NCBI GenBank assembly: GCA_030390025.1
Contig: CM059432.1
Coordinates: 99,450,001-99,514,000 of the forward strand
From: Squalus acanthias
Lineage: Eukaryota
DNA length: 64,000 nucleotides
Direction of reading: 5' to 3'
The notes beneath the pieces were generated by a model. That model did not search any database, had not been told where the DNA came from, and saw only the letters and a list, made by a program, of their open reading frames with translations. Position 1 is the first letter of the stretch. Every line of letters starts with the position of its first letter. Shown here in pieces: positions 49,383 to 63,100 of the stretch. The translations under genes were made by a program, and so were the position numbers.

Positions 49383-51735
49383 ATGGAAAGGATTCTGATA
49401 GTCCTCGCAACGATCGGATATGGATTGGCCTATCGGGGCCTCACCAAGGATGTCGTTGTGTTCGGTTGCTCCGGGGACACGGCCCCCATCGCGACGGATG
49501 GGACCGGGGAGCGAAGTGCTGAGGAAACCACCACTTATTTCCACAAGGGAAGGTGGCTGGGATGGCTGGGAATGAATTCAATGGAATACTCCAGCGCATC
49601 CGGATTTGCCTGCAAAGAGACTTCTTTACTGTCTCCCAGGGTGAGGATCATTGCACCCAGAATCAGCGTCACAGTCGGCAAAAGGATTTATTTGACGTGC
49701 AATGGGAAGGTCCCATTGAGCCGATGATGGTGGTTATGGAAGTTAAGCAAGACTATGAGAAATTCCTCGGTCGAGTGGGAACGATTGGGTAACAATACCC
49801 ATCGGACAATTACGGGGACTAACGGACAAGTGAAAGTCTGTTGGGACAAATGGTGGGAACCGGATGAGGGAATATATGTTTGTATGTGGGGATCGAAGTA
49901 CGTTTGCCCCAAGGGTATATCCATATTTCTCCTACAACAGTGGCAGGATGCCGGGAAAGGGATGAGGTGGGACGTCAGCACTCGGGGGTGCGGAGCTCCA
50001 TTCTCCCCGATCCCGGTAAACGCCACTGAACTCATCACGCGCCCACGCAAGTCTCCTCCCACGATTCCGGTGGCTTTGGCTCAGGAGGAAGGGTGCCCTA
50101 AAACCACTAAGGGGCCCGGGAATGGTCTGGTACTGGTGCCAACAGATCAGATACTGTATCAGGGGGTACATTACGCGGTGGCCTCGGTGATTCTAAATCT
50201 CACCGAGGTGCACTTACCAGAGTGGTGCCCCAAAGAAACGGAACAATTGTACCAGGTCCTGTTAACAAACATGTTCAGGCAATTTTATGAGTTTGATTTT
50301 GCAGAGGTTGACAAAACAAGCTTATACACCACACCACACAAAGTTTTGGGTCAGGTGGGGAGACAAAGAAGGGGTATTGTGAACGATGTGTTCACTGCTT
50401 TTAATACGGGAACATCTGTGGTCAACGCTCTAGACAATGTGGAGCTGCAGACCCAGATCAACGGTTTAAAAACACAGTTAAAAAGCATCCTCACAAACGA
50501 GAACAAGGTAGTAGGGTCTGAGTTACATGAGGACCAGGCCATGACACTACACTTAAAAGAGATTATAGCAGAGCTGGAGAAGCATGCGAGAACGGTAAAT
50601 GCCCTGATCAGGGAAGATCGAAATGCATCCGATCAAGCTGCACAGAACGAGGTGTACGTACCATATGGGGCGTGGTTACTGGGCGAGGGCCGCAGTAATT
50701 TGGAGGATTTAAAACAAGGTTTGGTCCCGTCCTGGATAAGTAACAAACACCTGCAGGCGCTCCACCCTTTTCAGAACGCATTAAGCCCGTGCCAGCTCAG
50801 GCTAGCCTCAGAGGCATACCCAGTCCCAGTGGACTGCGGATGGTCAAATCATACTATCATGGGGATAGTAGTATGGATGCCGGTGTTGGGCGACACAGCA
50901 AAGCCCGCCCCAGTGTACCAGGTGGAGAACATTGGTGTCATTCAGTGGGGAGCCCACATTCGCTACGCAGCGGTCCCCACCTTACGTCATCCACTGGGAG
51001 CAAACGATGACAGGTACCGACCTCTCGGGTTGTCGTGGCCGGGGAGCACACATCATCCTGTGTCCCCAGCACTTCAATGCCTTTTTAACACCACAATGCG
51101 GGTTCAGAACGGCTGGCGCGAAGCCCATGAATTGCACCATGGAAGCAATGACACAAGATCATGTGCCCCCACAGGCGGCATACATAGGGGGTGGAACGTA
51201 TTGCGTTACCACTGCAGCGCAACACTACCAGCATGGACAGCACAGCCGGTGTCCGGTGAGTGACAGCAGTTTCTGTTTTAAACCCAGGGCTGAAGTTCAA
51301 GTGGCACAACAGCGAATTGTCCCGATCCCTGAACCATCCACTGTTCACCTCACAGTAAAAGAGAATTTCACAGACTTGCAGCGATTTGTCGCACATTTCG
51401 GGTACATCATTCCCCCTCTCCCTGAACACCTCACCAAGATTTTAAAAGCCGTCATGGTATCACAGAAACATTTTTACACCCTGGAGCAAAAGACTGTAGA
51501 GATAGGGGCAGAGATATTGGACAAAGTAATCCCACCGTGGTGGGATCTGTTCACTAATATTGAAGTCCCGTCCTGGATCAGGATAGCCTCCCACATTTTA
51601 GTAGTGTGTCAAGTTGTAATTGTAGTGTACCTATTGGTCGTACACTGCAAAAGAGGCAAACGCCTCACAAGGCAGGAGTACACAGGGGAGTGGAGAGAAC
51701 GTTACGTGCGCGTGAATGAGGAAAGTACCACGTAA
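49383..51735 (+). pseudogene. env: env: signal peptide, Ig-like domain, furin site RQRR, fusion peptide/heptad repeat, Cys-rich region, TM; in-frame stop at 49725-49727 and frameshift at ~50977
   Basis: MERILIVLATIGYGLA signal. ORFs 49383 and 49755 share a frame. RQRR/GIVNDVFTAF at 50361-50372; TM ILVVCQVVIVVYLLVV followed by KRGKR. Confidence 0.88.
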
Positions 51736-52116
51736 ATGGCCAGGATGACGCCGCTCCATTTTACCATGTGTGTTTTTGTAGTTGTTGTTAGTTATGAGTA
51801 TGTGTAACTAAGTTTGGAACTTTTGTATTTTTAAAATAGTTGGTTTGATTATTTTTCCTTTTACAATAAAACATGCATATACAGGTGGTGCGAGAGGCAT
51901 CGGCCTTTTGCACCTGGAAGGCATATACGCAGTGTAAGTTTAAAGGCAATGCTGCCTACGATTTGTCCAAGATAGACAATGTGTTTTCTCTGGGAAATGA
52001 GGACTGCATGGAGGCCCTAGATAGTTTAATTACCGGGAATGTTTGGATGTGGAGAATGGGGATAATTTGCTCACCAGCATTTAATTGATACGATAAGCGG
52101 AGTTATTCGCATCAAC

Positions 52117-52124
52117 AGGAGGGA
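52117..52124 (+). promoter_or_regulatory. Polypurine tract
   Basis: aggaggga immediately before the TG of the 3' LTR. Confidence 0.65.
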
Positions 52125-52125
52125 C

Positions 52126-53745
52126 TGTAAAGTTCGCAATTATCGCGATTCAAAATAACATAAGAGAAGCAGATTCGTTTGATCAGTTTTATTAAACGAA
52201 ATGATGTCCTGATAATAAAGGACACAGAAGCCTGTAAAATGGCCGCCGTGCATTGTGGCAGAAGCTTCCAGAAACACAGTGGGCAGACAAGATGGAGTCG
52301 AATATACATTCAGTATAAGATTGGATCATACTCGGTAAACATTGATAAAGACAGGATGCAACCCATTTGCATTGTGAACAATAGCAATGATATAAGTGCT
52401 GGAATCGTTTTCCTATGCACAGTAAGGATCGTTGTACTGAGCAATCGAAGGCCCATCCAGACACATCAATACACAAATACCCCCCCGGCTCTACAATGAG
52501 AGAGACATCGACGGGTGATTAAGCAAGTATTTGGGGGGCACCAAAACTAGTCAGGGAGACGATTCATACACATCCTGGCTGGGTCAACAATGGGGAAAAC
52601 ATTAACGGATAGTTGGCCAGTTTCAGGTGCTACCGAAACCCGTTAAAGAAGATAATCGCCCCATGCTGGGAGTTTTGAGCGCCAATATTACACAAAGGAC
52701 AAGCATTAAGATTTGAGCAGGAGATAAGCGGACACATCACTATAACTATAGAGAACAAAGGTCCATCGCCCTCTTGATTCGACTCTTATCTCTCTGGTAT
52801 CGCTTTCCTGGACGGTCAGCCTCTTGTTTTTCTCTCTGGACTTTGTTGACTCTTGACACTTAGCCGTACTGGTTGGTTATTCGAGTGTTGGGTGGAGCTC
52901 AATCGGGACAAGCCGCCCCGACAAGGGCAAGTAACAGGGTACACCATCCCAAGTGTCGGTAAACGGTGTCTGGACCCGGAGGCCCGAGGAGACGAGACGA
53001 GAAGAAGACGAGAAGAAAATCCACGTGCCGTCACGGTCAGTAAACCCCGACCGCGCCCGAAAATATAAATACAGGACTCTTCTTTGAGTTCTACCGACTA
53101 CAACCTGTGTCGAGCACAGGAAGACTCTTCTTTGAACTGTGTCCGAAGTCCGTTGAGTTCTTCATGACAACAGAGAGTCTGGCCTGTTTTTTGCAGCAGC
53201 GAAAGTAAACAAGTGGGGTGCAGAGACCCTTCCAGGCACATGACAGTCAGGCGCTACAGCGAAACGAGCTGAGTGCCTCACTTTAAAATCTCCGAAATAA
53301 AACGAGTGGTGAGCATGATTTCCGATCCTACAAATCTAGACGTAGTGTAGGTATTGATAAGGGAGGGTGGTTTTAATAAGGTTAAGATATAATGTGTTCC
53401 CCTTTCTACGATGTGCCGTGTGTTCTCCATTTCCATAGACCAAGCTTTATGAATGTATGTATACTTGTATTATCTTTGATTTGCGCCTATGACATGTATT
53501 TCATGATTTTAGACGCCATGCAATAAAGATTTCCATTTCGTACTATTCAACCGGGTCTATTTGAGTTTTTCTCTGCATTACTGCTCCCTGCACCTAAGTC
53601 CAGTGTTAGAACCGTAAGGGCGAGTGGGTCGAACCACTCACAGGTGCTTATTGCAAAAAGGCTGGCCGGAGACCAGAGCAAGCAATAGTATAGGCAACGA
53701 AGGCCTAACCTCGCACCAGCACCGTCTGAGACACGCCCCCTTACA
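52126..53745 (+). repeat. 3' LTR (1620 bp)
   Basis: tgtaaag...ccttaca, followed by ATGT TSD. Confidence 0.95.
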
Positions 53746-55379
53746 ATGTGCAGGTAGCTAATTCTGTTGTGGTAAAGTAACACCATGGGGTACTACCTTT
53801 AATGTGTCATTGGACGTGAAATTGCCTTTGGTGATAGCGTGAATCAGGCAATAGCGAATCGGCAGTCCATTTTACACGATACTCGAATTTCTTTTTCACT
53901 GAAGCCTCTTTCAACAGTGGGCACAGTCCTCTGTATTATTCAGTTTTGTTTTGATATTTTGTAACCTTGCCCTTCAGTAAATGCACTCACTTCAGATCTC
54001 ATCTGGAATTTAACATTCCTTTTTCAATTTTTTCCTACCTTATATAATTCTCCATTAGTTTTTTTTATTGGTTTTAACAAAGCCTTAACAAGGAAATGGC
54101 TATTTGTACTTTCATTTTTCATCCTGCTAAACCTGTCAGTTCACAGAAAATCATTGAGGAAAGTCATTTTGCAGCAAGTTAGCCCTATAAAGTAGACATC
54201 CCACTTATCCATGTGCCGCTGAAGTAGCTTCTATTGTATATGTTTTTTTGAAGAGAACTTAATAGTGTGGGACAAGACTACAATAAATGAAGTGAGTGAT
54301 TTCTTGCAAGTGGATTTGGAATGAAGCAATCTTTAGTGCAATCCATTGGGGCTTTCTACTGGAAGCGCACCACATATACCGATAATATTTTTTCTAAAAT
54401 GGTATACATGCCAGGATTGGAGCCCGAGCAATTTCAGGGCTCACATGTTATTTAGAAATAAAAGAACAGATAAAGGTGGAAATACACTGCAGGCCAGTCA
54501 GCATATGTAAAGTTTGTCAGAAGGATACATACCCAAAATGTCATAATCAGTCTTTTTTTCTTTACAATGCTGACTGACCTGCTGTGTACTTGCAGCTACA
54601 TCTATTTTTTATTTACAGCATTTGTAGTTTTTTCATCTTATTTTACCTATTCTTCAGACATGGCCCTGATTTTATCTCCAGTTGGATTCCCTGCTCAGGC
54701 CTGAGTTAAAATTACAGTCGGGTCTCAATTATGTCATCGGGCCGCAACATGCACATGTAAAGAAGGACCCAGTTGGCTTCAGGCATGTGTCCTTGCTGCC
54801 TACTTGGGAGAGCAGGTTAAAATTGCAGATGTTGCAATCATGGCAGCTTTCACACAGGTCGATTTTAACTGCCCAGCCACCAGGTTTCTGCTGAGCAAGT
54901 AAGTTGTGAAATCCAACTTTGGTAGGGGTGCAGAATGGATGGTAGTAGATAGGCCGCCCTTTATAGTTTGACTTCAATGGAATTTAAAGCTACGTGGGTA
55001 TATAATGGGCGGCCTGTCAGCTAACGTCCATTTTGCGCCACTGCTGAAGTTGAATTTCAGCTCCCTAATCTCGTAATCCAATTAACAATGGTATTTATAT
55101 TGGGAAAAGAAAATGGTTTGGAGAAATTGATAATGATTTAGTCTTATTCAAAATACATCTGGGCTGGAGGAGCACAGTAAAGTAAATGGTTAAATTGTGT
55201 GCAGAAAAGCTGAGCAATCTTGTTTGTGGCATAAATTATTAACCTTTAGATATTTTGCCCATTTTTGGACAAGGGAATCATATTTGGCCCTTGATATTTC
55301 AACAATAAATAAAAATACATAACTACTCTGTAAGAAAAGACTGATGGGATAAAATAAGATACATTTACATCCAAGATAA

Positions 55380-57030
55380 CATTCCTCATCTCCTCTGGAG
55401 AGCTTCCCTCCACAGCCGCCAACCTCATAGTCCCCCAACCCCGCACAGCCCGTTTCTACCTCCTTCCCAAGATCCACAAACAGGACTGCCCTGGTAGACC
55501 CATCGTTTTAGCCCGTTCTTGCCCCATGGAACTGATTTCTTCCTATCGCGACTCTATTGTATCCCCCCTTGTCCAGTCTCTTCCCACCTACATCCGCGAC
55601 TCTTCCGACGCCCTCTGCCAATTTATGGGTTTCCAGTTTCCTGGCCCAACCGTCTCTTATCACTATGGACGTCCAATCCCTCTACACCTCCATCCCCCAC
55701 GAGGGCAGCCTGAGGGTGCTCCGCTTCTTCCTTGAACAGAGGCCCAACCAGTCCCCATCCACCACCACCCTCCTTCGCCCGGCTGAACTTGTTCTCACAT
55801 TGGACAACTTCTCCTTTGACTCCACTCACTTCCTCCAAATTAAAGGTGTTGCTATGGGAACCCGCATGGGTCCTAGCTATGCCTGCCTTTTCATGGAATA
55901 TGTGGAACATTCTTTGTTCCAGTCCTACTCAGGTCCCTTCCCTCACCTCTTTTTCCGGTACAATGATGACTGTATCGGTGCAGTTTCCTGCTCTCATGCT
56001 GAACTAGAAAATTTCATTCACTTTGCTTCCAATTTGCACCCTTCCCTCACCTTCACATGGTCCATCTCCGACTCTTCCGTTCCCTTCCTTGACTTCTCTG
56101 TCACCATTTCTGGGGATAAGCTATCGACAAACATCCATTATAAGCCCACTGACTCCCACAGCCACTTGGACTACAATTCCTTCCACCCTTCTTCCTGTAA
56201 GGACTCTATTCCATTCTCCCAGTTTCCCCGTCTCTGTCGCATCTATTTTGACGACGCCACCTTCCATACTAGTGCTTCCGATATGTCTTCCTTTTTCCTC
56301 AACCGAGGATCCCCCTCTACCGTGGCTAACATGGCCCTCAACTGTGTCTGTTTCATTTCCCGCACTTCTGCTCTCACCCCTTCCCCTCCCTCCCAGAACC
56401 ATGATAGGATTCCCCTTGTCCTCACCTTTCACCCACCAGCCTCCACATTCAACGGATCATCCTCCGCCATTTCTGCCACCTCCAGCGTGATCCCACCACC
56501 AACACATCTTCCCCTCACCTCCCCTTTCAGCATTCCGAAGGGAATGTTCCCTCCGAGACACCCTGGTCCACTCCTCAATCAGCCTCAACATCCCCTCCCC
56601 TTCCCACGGTACCTTCCCGTGCAAGCGCAGAAGATGTAACACCTGCCCTTTTATCTGCTCCCTTCCCACTGTCCAGGGCCCCAAACACTCTTTCCAGGTG
56701 AAACAGCGATTTACTTGTACTTCTTGCAATTTAGTATACTGTATTCGCTGCTCACGATGCGGTCTCCTCTACATTGGGGAGACCAAATGCAGATTGGGTG
56801 ACCACTTTGCAGAACACCTCCATTCAGTCCGTAAGCGTAATCCCAAGCTTCCGGTCGCCTGTCACTTTAATTCTCTGCTCCACTCCCACTCTGAGCTCCC
56901 TGTCCTCGGCCTCTTACACTGTTCCAATGAAGCTCAACGCAAGCTTGAGGAACAGCATCTCATCTTTCAATTAGGCACTTTACAGCCTTCTGGGCTCAAC
57001 ATCGAGCTCAACAATTTCAGACCATAACCT
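55380..57030 (+). pseudogene. Penelope-like element RT plus GIY-YIG endonuclease, frameshifted
   Basis: FYLLPKIHK...GRPIV, TMDVQSLYTSIP, GVAMGTRMGPSYA, FRYNDD, PFLDFSV, LVYCIRCSRCGLLYIGET. Confidence 0.92.
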
Positions 57031-57192
57031 CAGCTTGTACCTGATATTTTCTTTTCGAAAGGAAGACAAAATCCTGAATAACTTACTTTTTGCAATGAAC
57101 AGAAGCCAACTTATCAAATGACGGGATGCTTGCCTTGATTTCCCGACATTTATGCTGTCGTTCAATATCTTGTTCAGGGGTAACAACAGTCT

Positions 57193-60100
57193 GACCTAGA
57201 AATTGGATATGGCCCGAAAACGTGTGGTGTCGTGGCCCAGCGCCATTTAGCTGCGCTGGGTCAAAGTGATCTAGGTAGCACGCAGAATTCGTGCTGAGTG
57301 CTCATTTACATGATTATAGTGCTGATCTCAGTGCTAAAACTGCTGCTCATTGGCTTACCACTCAACAGGTGGGCCAATATCAGGCTCAGTCTAATTTTAA
57401 ATCATGTTTAGCCTTGGCTTTCTCCACTACTTAAACAGGAGGCTCTTGGATGCAGCAGCACCTCATTGTCATTCTATTTGGAGCTCCACGTGGAATTAGT
57501 AGTAACTTGCAAGAGATGACTGAGCAGCAGCAGAGGGAAAGAGCTAAATGGTTCTCAGATGCGGCTCTGGAGGCACTGGTGGTGGCCGTGGAGAGGAGGT
57601 GGGCTGTCCTCTTCCCAAAGGGTGGCAGGAAGCCATCGGCTCATACGTCTAGAAGGCTCTGGCAGGAGATGTCTGCATACGTGGGCGGCCAGTACGGTGG
57701 CCCCCAGATCATTGATACAGTTTAACATAAGAAGTTTGATGACCTCACACAGCAGGTCAAAGTGAGTGAAGGCTTCAGCAAATGCCACATCCCACCATCA
57801 GCACCGCAAGTCTCACAAACCGCTCAATTCACCACACCCCCAGCACTCACCTTACCAACAATCTCTACCTATCAGCACTCAGACATCACAATCATGACTT
57901 CATTTCACCCTCACAACCTTACCACTGCTGCAACACTCACACCCACATCTCACACCTTGCACACACTGACAGCTATTCAACTATGACAGGCACAACACCC
58001 AAACACATTGCACCACACTCACTGACACACTTCCCTTTCTCTTGCAAGTTAAGGTCATTCACAATCGCTGGGAGCAGTGGTAGACAGGTGGGGGCAAGCA
58101 GCAATACAGGTCCTGAGCCAACCGAAGGAGAGAGTGCTGGACATCATTGGAAGGGAAGCCATCGAGGCCGTGGCAACAGGCGAGGATGAAACTTTTGGGG
58201 ACAACAATGGTACGCTCATTCCTAATCCTTCTTCTCACATCTCACTTCCCCCTCATCCCACAATCTCTTCTGACTTACAAGCTGCTGATGCTGTATGCAT
58301 GCATATCTTGCTTCCCCCCTCCCCTCCCCTCACTATAACCTGACTCTTGTGCTTTTCTGCTTTCAGATAACCAAGAACTGCCAGCCACAGAGCCTGTCCC
58401 CAAGGCGATGGAGGAAAATGAAGGCAGCACAGCGTCACTGCATCTGACACTCGCAGGCACCAGCTCAGAAACTGGCACTGCGTGAACTTTAGAGGCTAGT
58501 ATCGAGGCGGGATCTGCACAAGGTGAGGCACCGGGCACGAGTGGGCTGCAGCAATGCCAGGGGCTAGGGTAGCTCGGGGGTCAGCTCCCTGGAGGGATAG
58601 TTCGCGCATGAGTTCTGCTGCACACGACTCAGTCGAGGACCTTGATGCGGCGGCCTTCAGAAGAAGGGTGATGTGCATACACATTGAATTGCTAGGTGCA
58701 ATGGCAAGCCTGCCAGAGAGCCTCTCGGCAATGTCAAGGAGCATGGAGGAGTCCGCTTCCAACATTTCACAGGGCTTTGTGCAGAGCTTGGAGCCCAGGA
58801 TTTCCAGGTTGGAAATGATGGACAGCTCCAGGAGTGACTGTGTCAACGCAGCCATGATGGTGCGTGTGATGGGCGATGTCGCAGCTGCCCTTGTAGCACA
58901 AGCGGAAGCAACCCAACATCTTAGTGCAGCACTGGAAGCGCAGACCACTCTCCTCCAGTCTCAGCTTGCTGCCACCCAACCTCAGACTGCTGCCAACGTA
59001 CCTGGATTTACCAGTGTCAAACGGAGCTTTCAGGGTGTCGCAGCAGCCCAGCAATCTGTAGGAATGTTGACACACCGCCCCGGGGGAGTGGCAGTGGGTC
59101 TGTGGAGCAGGAAGCTGCTGTCCTCTTTCAGGATAGCAGCATTCCTATTATCCACTGCCACTCTGCCATTGCCCTTGCTGCTGCCTGTCAACCAGCCAGC
59201 CCGGACTGCTGCCGCCCATATCGGGCCTTCTAGGTCCAGAGCTGGTTGAGGTCGTCCTTCAAGGCCATCTGAATTCTCCCCATGGAAAATCAGCAGTCTT
59301 CCCCCATCCATGCCGCAGCCACTGGAGGAGCACTTTGTAGCAGCACTAGAGTAGGAAAGGGCACCCGAATAACAGGCACTAAGGGATTTCACAAGGGTGA
59401 TTAGTTGATATTGGCCAGAATTTTCATGCTGTCATATGTGCAGGATTGGAGGCGGGTTGGGAGTGAAAGTGGAAATAAATCGGTGCAGGTCAGGAACCCG
59501 CTGTCATCCCGCCTCCACACGCCTTTAACTTGGGCGCGTTTGCCAGCGCGGCAGTGACCCAAATGGCAGAGGCGGGCAACCCATTTTAGATCATTATTAA
59601 CTTGTTGTAACATCCTCAACCATCTTTTTAACCAGACCATTGCAATTTCACTGCATAACCATGGGAATCATGCAGCTCGGGAACCACATCTGTCAAGCTG
59701 AGGTGGAAGCTCAGAGGCCATTGATGCAGCTCATTAATGCACAGCATGGAAAGCACAATAAATACTGCCACCTGACACCTGCTTACTTTCCGAAGGGAAA
59801 TGTTGTTGCTGAGTGCATTTTCAGTGCAGATCTGGCTTTCTAGAGATGGCAACTGTTTTCAACAAATTCGGGAACCACTGTCACCTCATTACTACAACCT
59901 ATCACACCATTGACAGATTGCTTCTCTCATCTCTGCTTCACCTGCCATCTATTACATCAGCATGGGTGCCGTTTATACTGTCTCACCTTGGTCCTCAGAA
60001 TTGGACCACGATGAGCCCCAACACCAGGAGCAGCAGGCACACCAGCAGCAGTAACAACACCACCAATCTTCTCCTCAATGACCTGATGCTCCACAGGACA

Positions 60101-63100
60101 GAGGACATCAGCACAGGGCTGCACCGAGCCGGAGGCAATACCCCCAACACAGGGTATGCAGGCAGAGGATGAGCTTCCTCAACATGACTGAGTAGCAGTG
60201 CCAAAGGAGGCTCCAGCTATCGCACCAGGTCATCGCAGACATTTGCAGCTCGCTGGAACAAGAGCTGCAGCCCTTGTGGATACGCCTTACCAGTGGCTGT
60301 CAAAGTCATCAGCGCCCTCATCTTCTTTCCAGGAATCTGCAGCAGACATTTGTGGCATCTCGTAGTCAGCCGCCCACAGATGTATCGCGCAGGTCACCGA
60401 TGCCCTGTTTGACAAATCAGCCAATTATATCAACTTTGCCACTGATGACGCCAGTGTTACTGAGCAGGCGCTGGGCTTTGCCGCTCTGACTGGCTTCCCA
60501 CGGGTGCTGGGCACCATCGACTGCACACATGTGGCCATCAGGGCACCCCATCGTCACCCAGGAGTGTTTGTCAACCACAAGGGCTTCCACTCCCTCAATG
60601 TGCAGCTGTTCTGCAACCATAGGAAGATCATCATGCATGTGTGCGCCAAATTCCCTGGCAGCTGCCATGACTCTTTCGTCTTGCGCCAGTGCACCCTCCC
60701 TCAGCTCACTGCACCTCCAAACAGACTTTCTGGCTGGCTGCTTGGAGACAAGGGCTATCCACTGAAGACGTGGCTTATGACACCCTTGAGGAGGCCAAGT
60801 ACTGATGCCAAGTAGAGATATAATGAAAACCACATCTCCAACAGATGTGTCATGGAGCAGACAATATGCATGCTGAAAATGCGCTTCAGATGCCTTGACA
60901 GATCTGGAGGAGCCCTTCAGTACGTACCAGCCAAGGTCTCCAGAATTGTTGTGGTCTGCTGCATGCTGCATGACATAGCGCAGCAACGAGGATTAGCGCT
61001 GTATGAGGAGCAAGGCACTGAACACACAGCCTCTTTAGAGGGGGAGGAGGAGCATCAGCTGGAAGATGAGGAGGAGGAGGAGCAGGAGAAACCTAAGGTC
61101 CAGATGCCACCAGCACCCAAGCACATTGCTGCCCGGAAGGCCAGGGATGGCCTCACATGGCCAGATTTACTTAACTTCAGGCATTACACCCATATGGCTG
61201 CCACATGCTGCACCAGGTTCGTCCACCCACCACAACAACACCATAGTGCATCCCTACAATGACCAAGCCATTCCTTTCACACTGACCACCATTGCTGGAG
61301 GTAACGTTATGTCTCACCATTCACTGCAACTCACTAAGCCACTTCCAAAGTTGTAGATAAAATTGGCCATGTTGCTGCCCAGGAGGCCAAGTACTACTCT
61401 ACTCTATCTATCTGACAACATTACTCTATCTCGTATGGGACCCACCGAGGTGTGCATATCTGCGCTGGTGCTGGGTGCGCTTATGTCTGGTGACGGTGCA
61501 CCCTCAGAAGCTGGAGGTTCCTCTGAGGAATTGTCTTCCTCTTCCTCTTGGACAGTGGGGAGGGGGGGGACTCTTGATGGACCTTTGGGAGAGTAAAGAG
61601 ATGATTTAGAAATGTCATATCAAGAATGGGTAATGATACCATTATGCACATGATGAACATTCACTTGCTGCTGACATCAGTCCCCATATGAGTGACTGCT
61701 GTATGCCATGTAGCTGTGTGAGATGTAATTCTGGTCACCAGGTTGCTGAGATGCCCCCCTCTCTCCGTCTTCCACCGCCAGCTGCTCTGCAACTCCTGAG
61801 ACATCTAGGGCGATTTCCTCTGCTGGAGTTAACGTGGCCAATGATGGACAGGCCACCTCCAGTTCTCTCCCTCTCCCTCTTACTGTGGGCTCTCTTCTCC
61901 TGCAAGGGGGGAAAGAAGAGAAGTTTGAGGGAGTGCGATGGAATGAGTGTAAGGAATGGATGCATTACATCATTACAGGGTGACTATGAGGGAATCTGGT
62001 GGCAATGCCAAATGGCCTCCTTGTGTGGTGTTATTTGGTATGATTGCATTAGGACGAGGGTGAGTGTGAGGGATGGCTAGTCAGATGGGGATGTGATAAT
62101 GTTGATAGAGAGGAATGGGTGGACATGCAAGGTATGTTGGTGTGAGTAATGATGTGCAGGAGCAGGCTTGGGAAGGCAGAGTGATGGGGATGTGATGAGA
62201 GGCAGGGGAGGATGAAGTTGAGTGTGGCTTTGTACTCACCTTTCCTGATCTCATGAGATAATTGAAGCACTTCTGGCACTGCACCCAGGTCCTCCTCACA
62301 ACATCCCTTCTGTTCACCTCCTCTGCTATCTCCAGCCAGGCTCTTTTGGTCTGCTTGGGAGGCCTCTTGCACCCATCAGAAGGGAAGAGGACCTCCCTGC
62401 ATGCTCACACTCCCTCCACAAGCATATGGAGGGAGTCTGCTGAGAACCTGGGTGTATCCCTCTGCCTCTGTGCAGTCATGTGTTCAAGGCTTAGCAAGAC
62501 CCAAATGATAAAATACAGTGCCTTCACACTCCTGGATGAACCTTCAAATGCAATGTGGCCAAGGTGCCTTTAAATAACCTGGCTAGAAATGAGTCATCGA
62601 TTACATCATCAGACCTGAACCATTTAATAGGGCCGGGTAATGCGCAAGCCTGCCTTAATAGACCTCATTAAGGGAAACTTGTTCTGAGGAGCGGCATGAA
62701 ATGAGGAACGGGGTCCCGACCCGCCACGCCGACCGCCCACACCCGACCCGTCCAGGTAAATAAAATTCTGGCCATTGTATTTGTGAATTGAGTAGTGATA
62801 AATTTATTAATATTGTTTGGAATCTTTGTTCTGTGGTGGCTCTCAGTTCAGCTTTGTGCCCAGGAGACGCTGTGATATTCCGTGACAGAGGGATGGTATG
62901 TTGGGACATGTTTGATGAGGATGTGGTGAGCAATGGGGATCTGGGGTTTCATTCACTCGAATCAGAGTCTGATGAGGCGTTCACGGACAGCCCGTGTCGA
63001 AGGGAGACTTGCTGCCTGCCTCCTCCCTTCCTCCTTGTCCTCCTCCTCTTCCTCTTCATCCTCCTCCTCTGCCTCATCCTCTTCCTGAGGTCGTCCCACA

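Larger units (their letters stand above)
38841..53745 (+). mobile_element. Endogenous retrovirus-like LTR element: LTR-PBS-gag-(UGA)-ORF2-env-PPT-LTR, lacking pol
   Basis: TG...CA ends with ATGT TSD (38837-38840, 53746-53749), paired ~1.6 kb LTRs, PBS, PPT, CCHC gag and furin-site env. Confidence 0.93.

Noticed and set aside
52179..52499. 106-aa ORF in LTR U3 as an accessory gene
   Set aside because: No recognisable motif and a non-ATG start in the track. Its presence in both LTRs is expected and is not evidence of selection.
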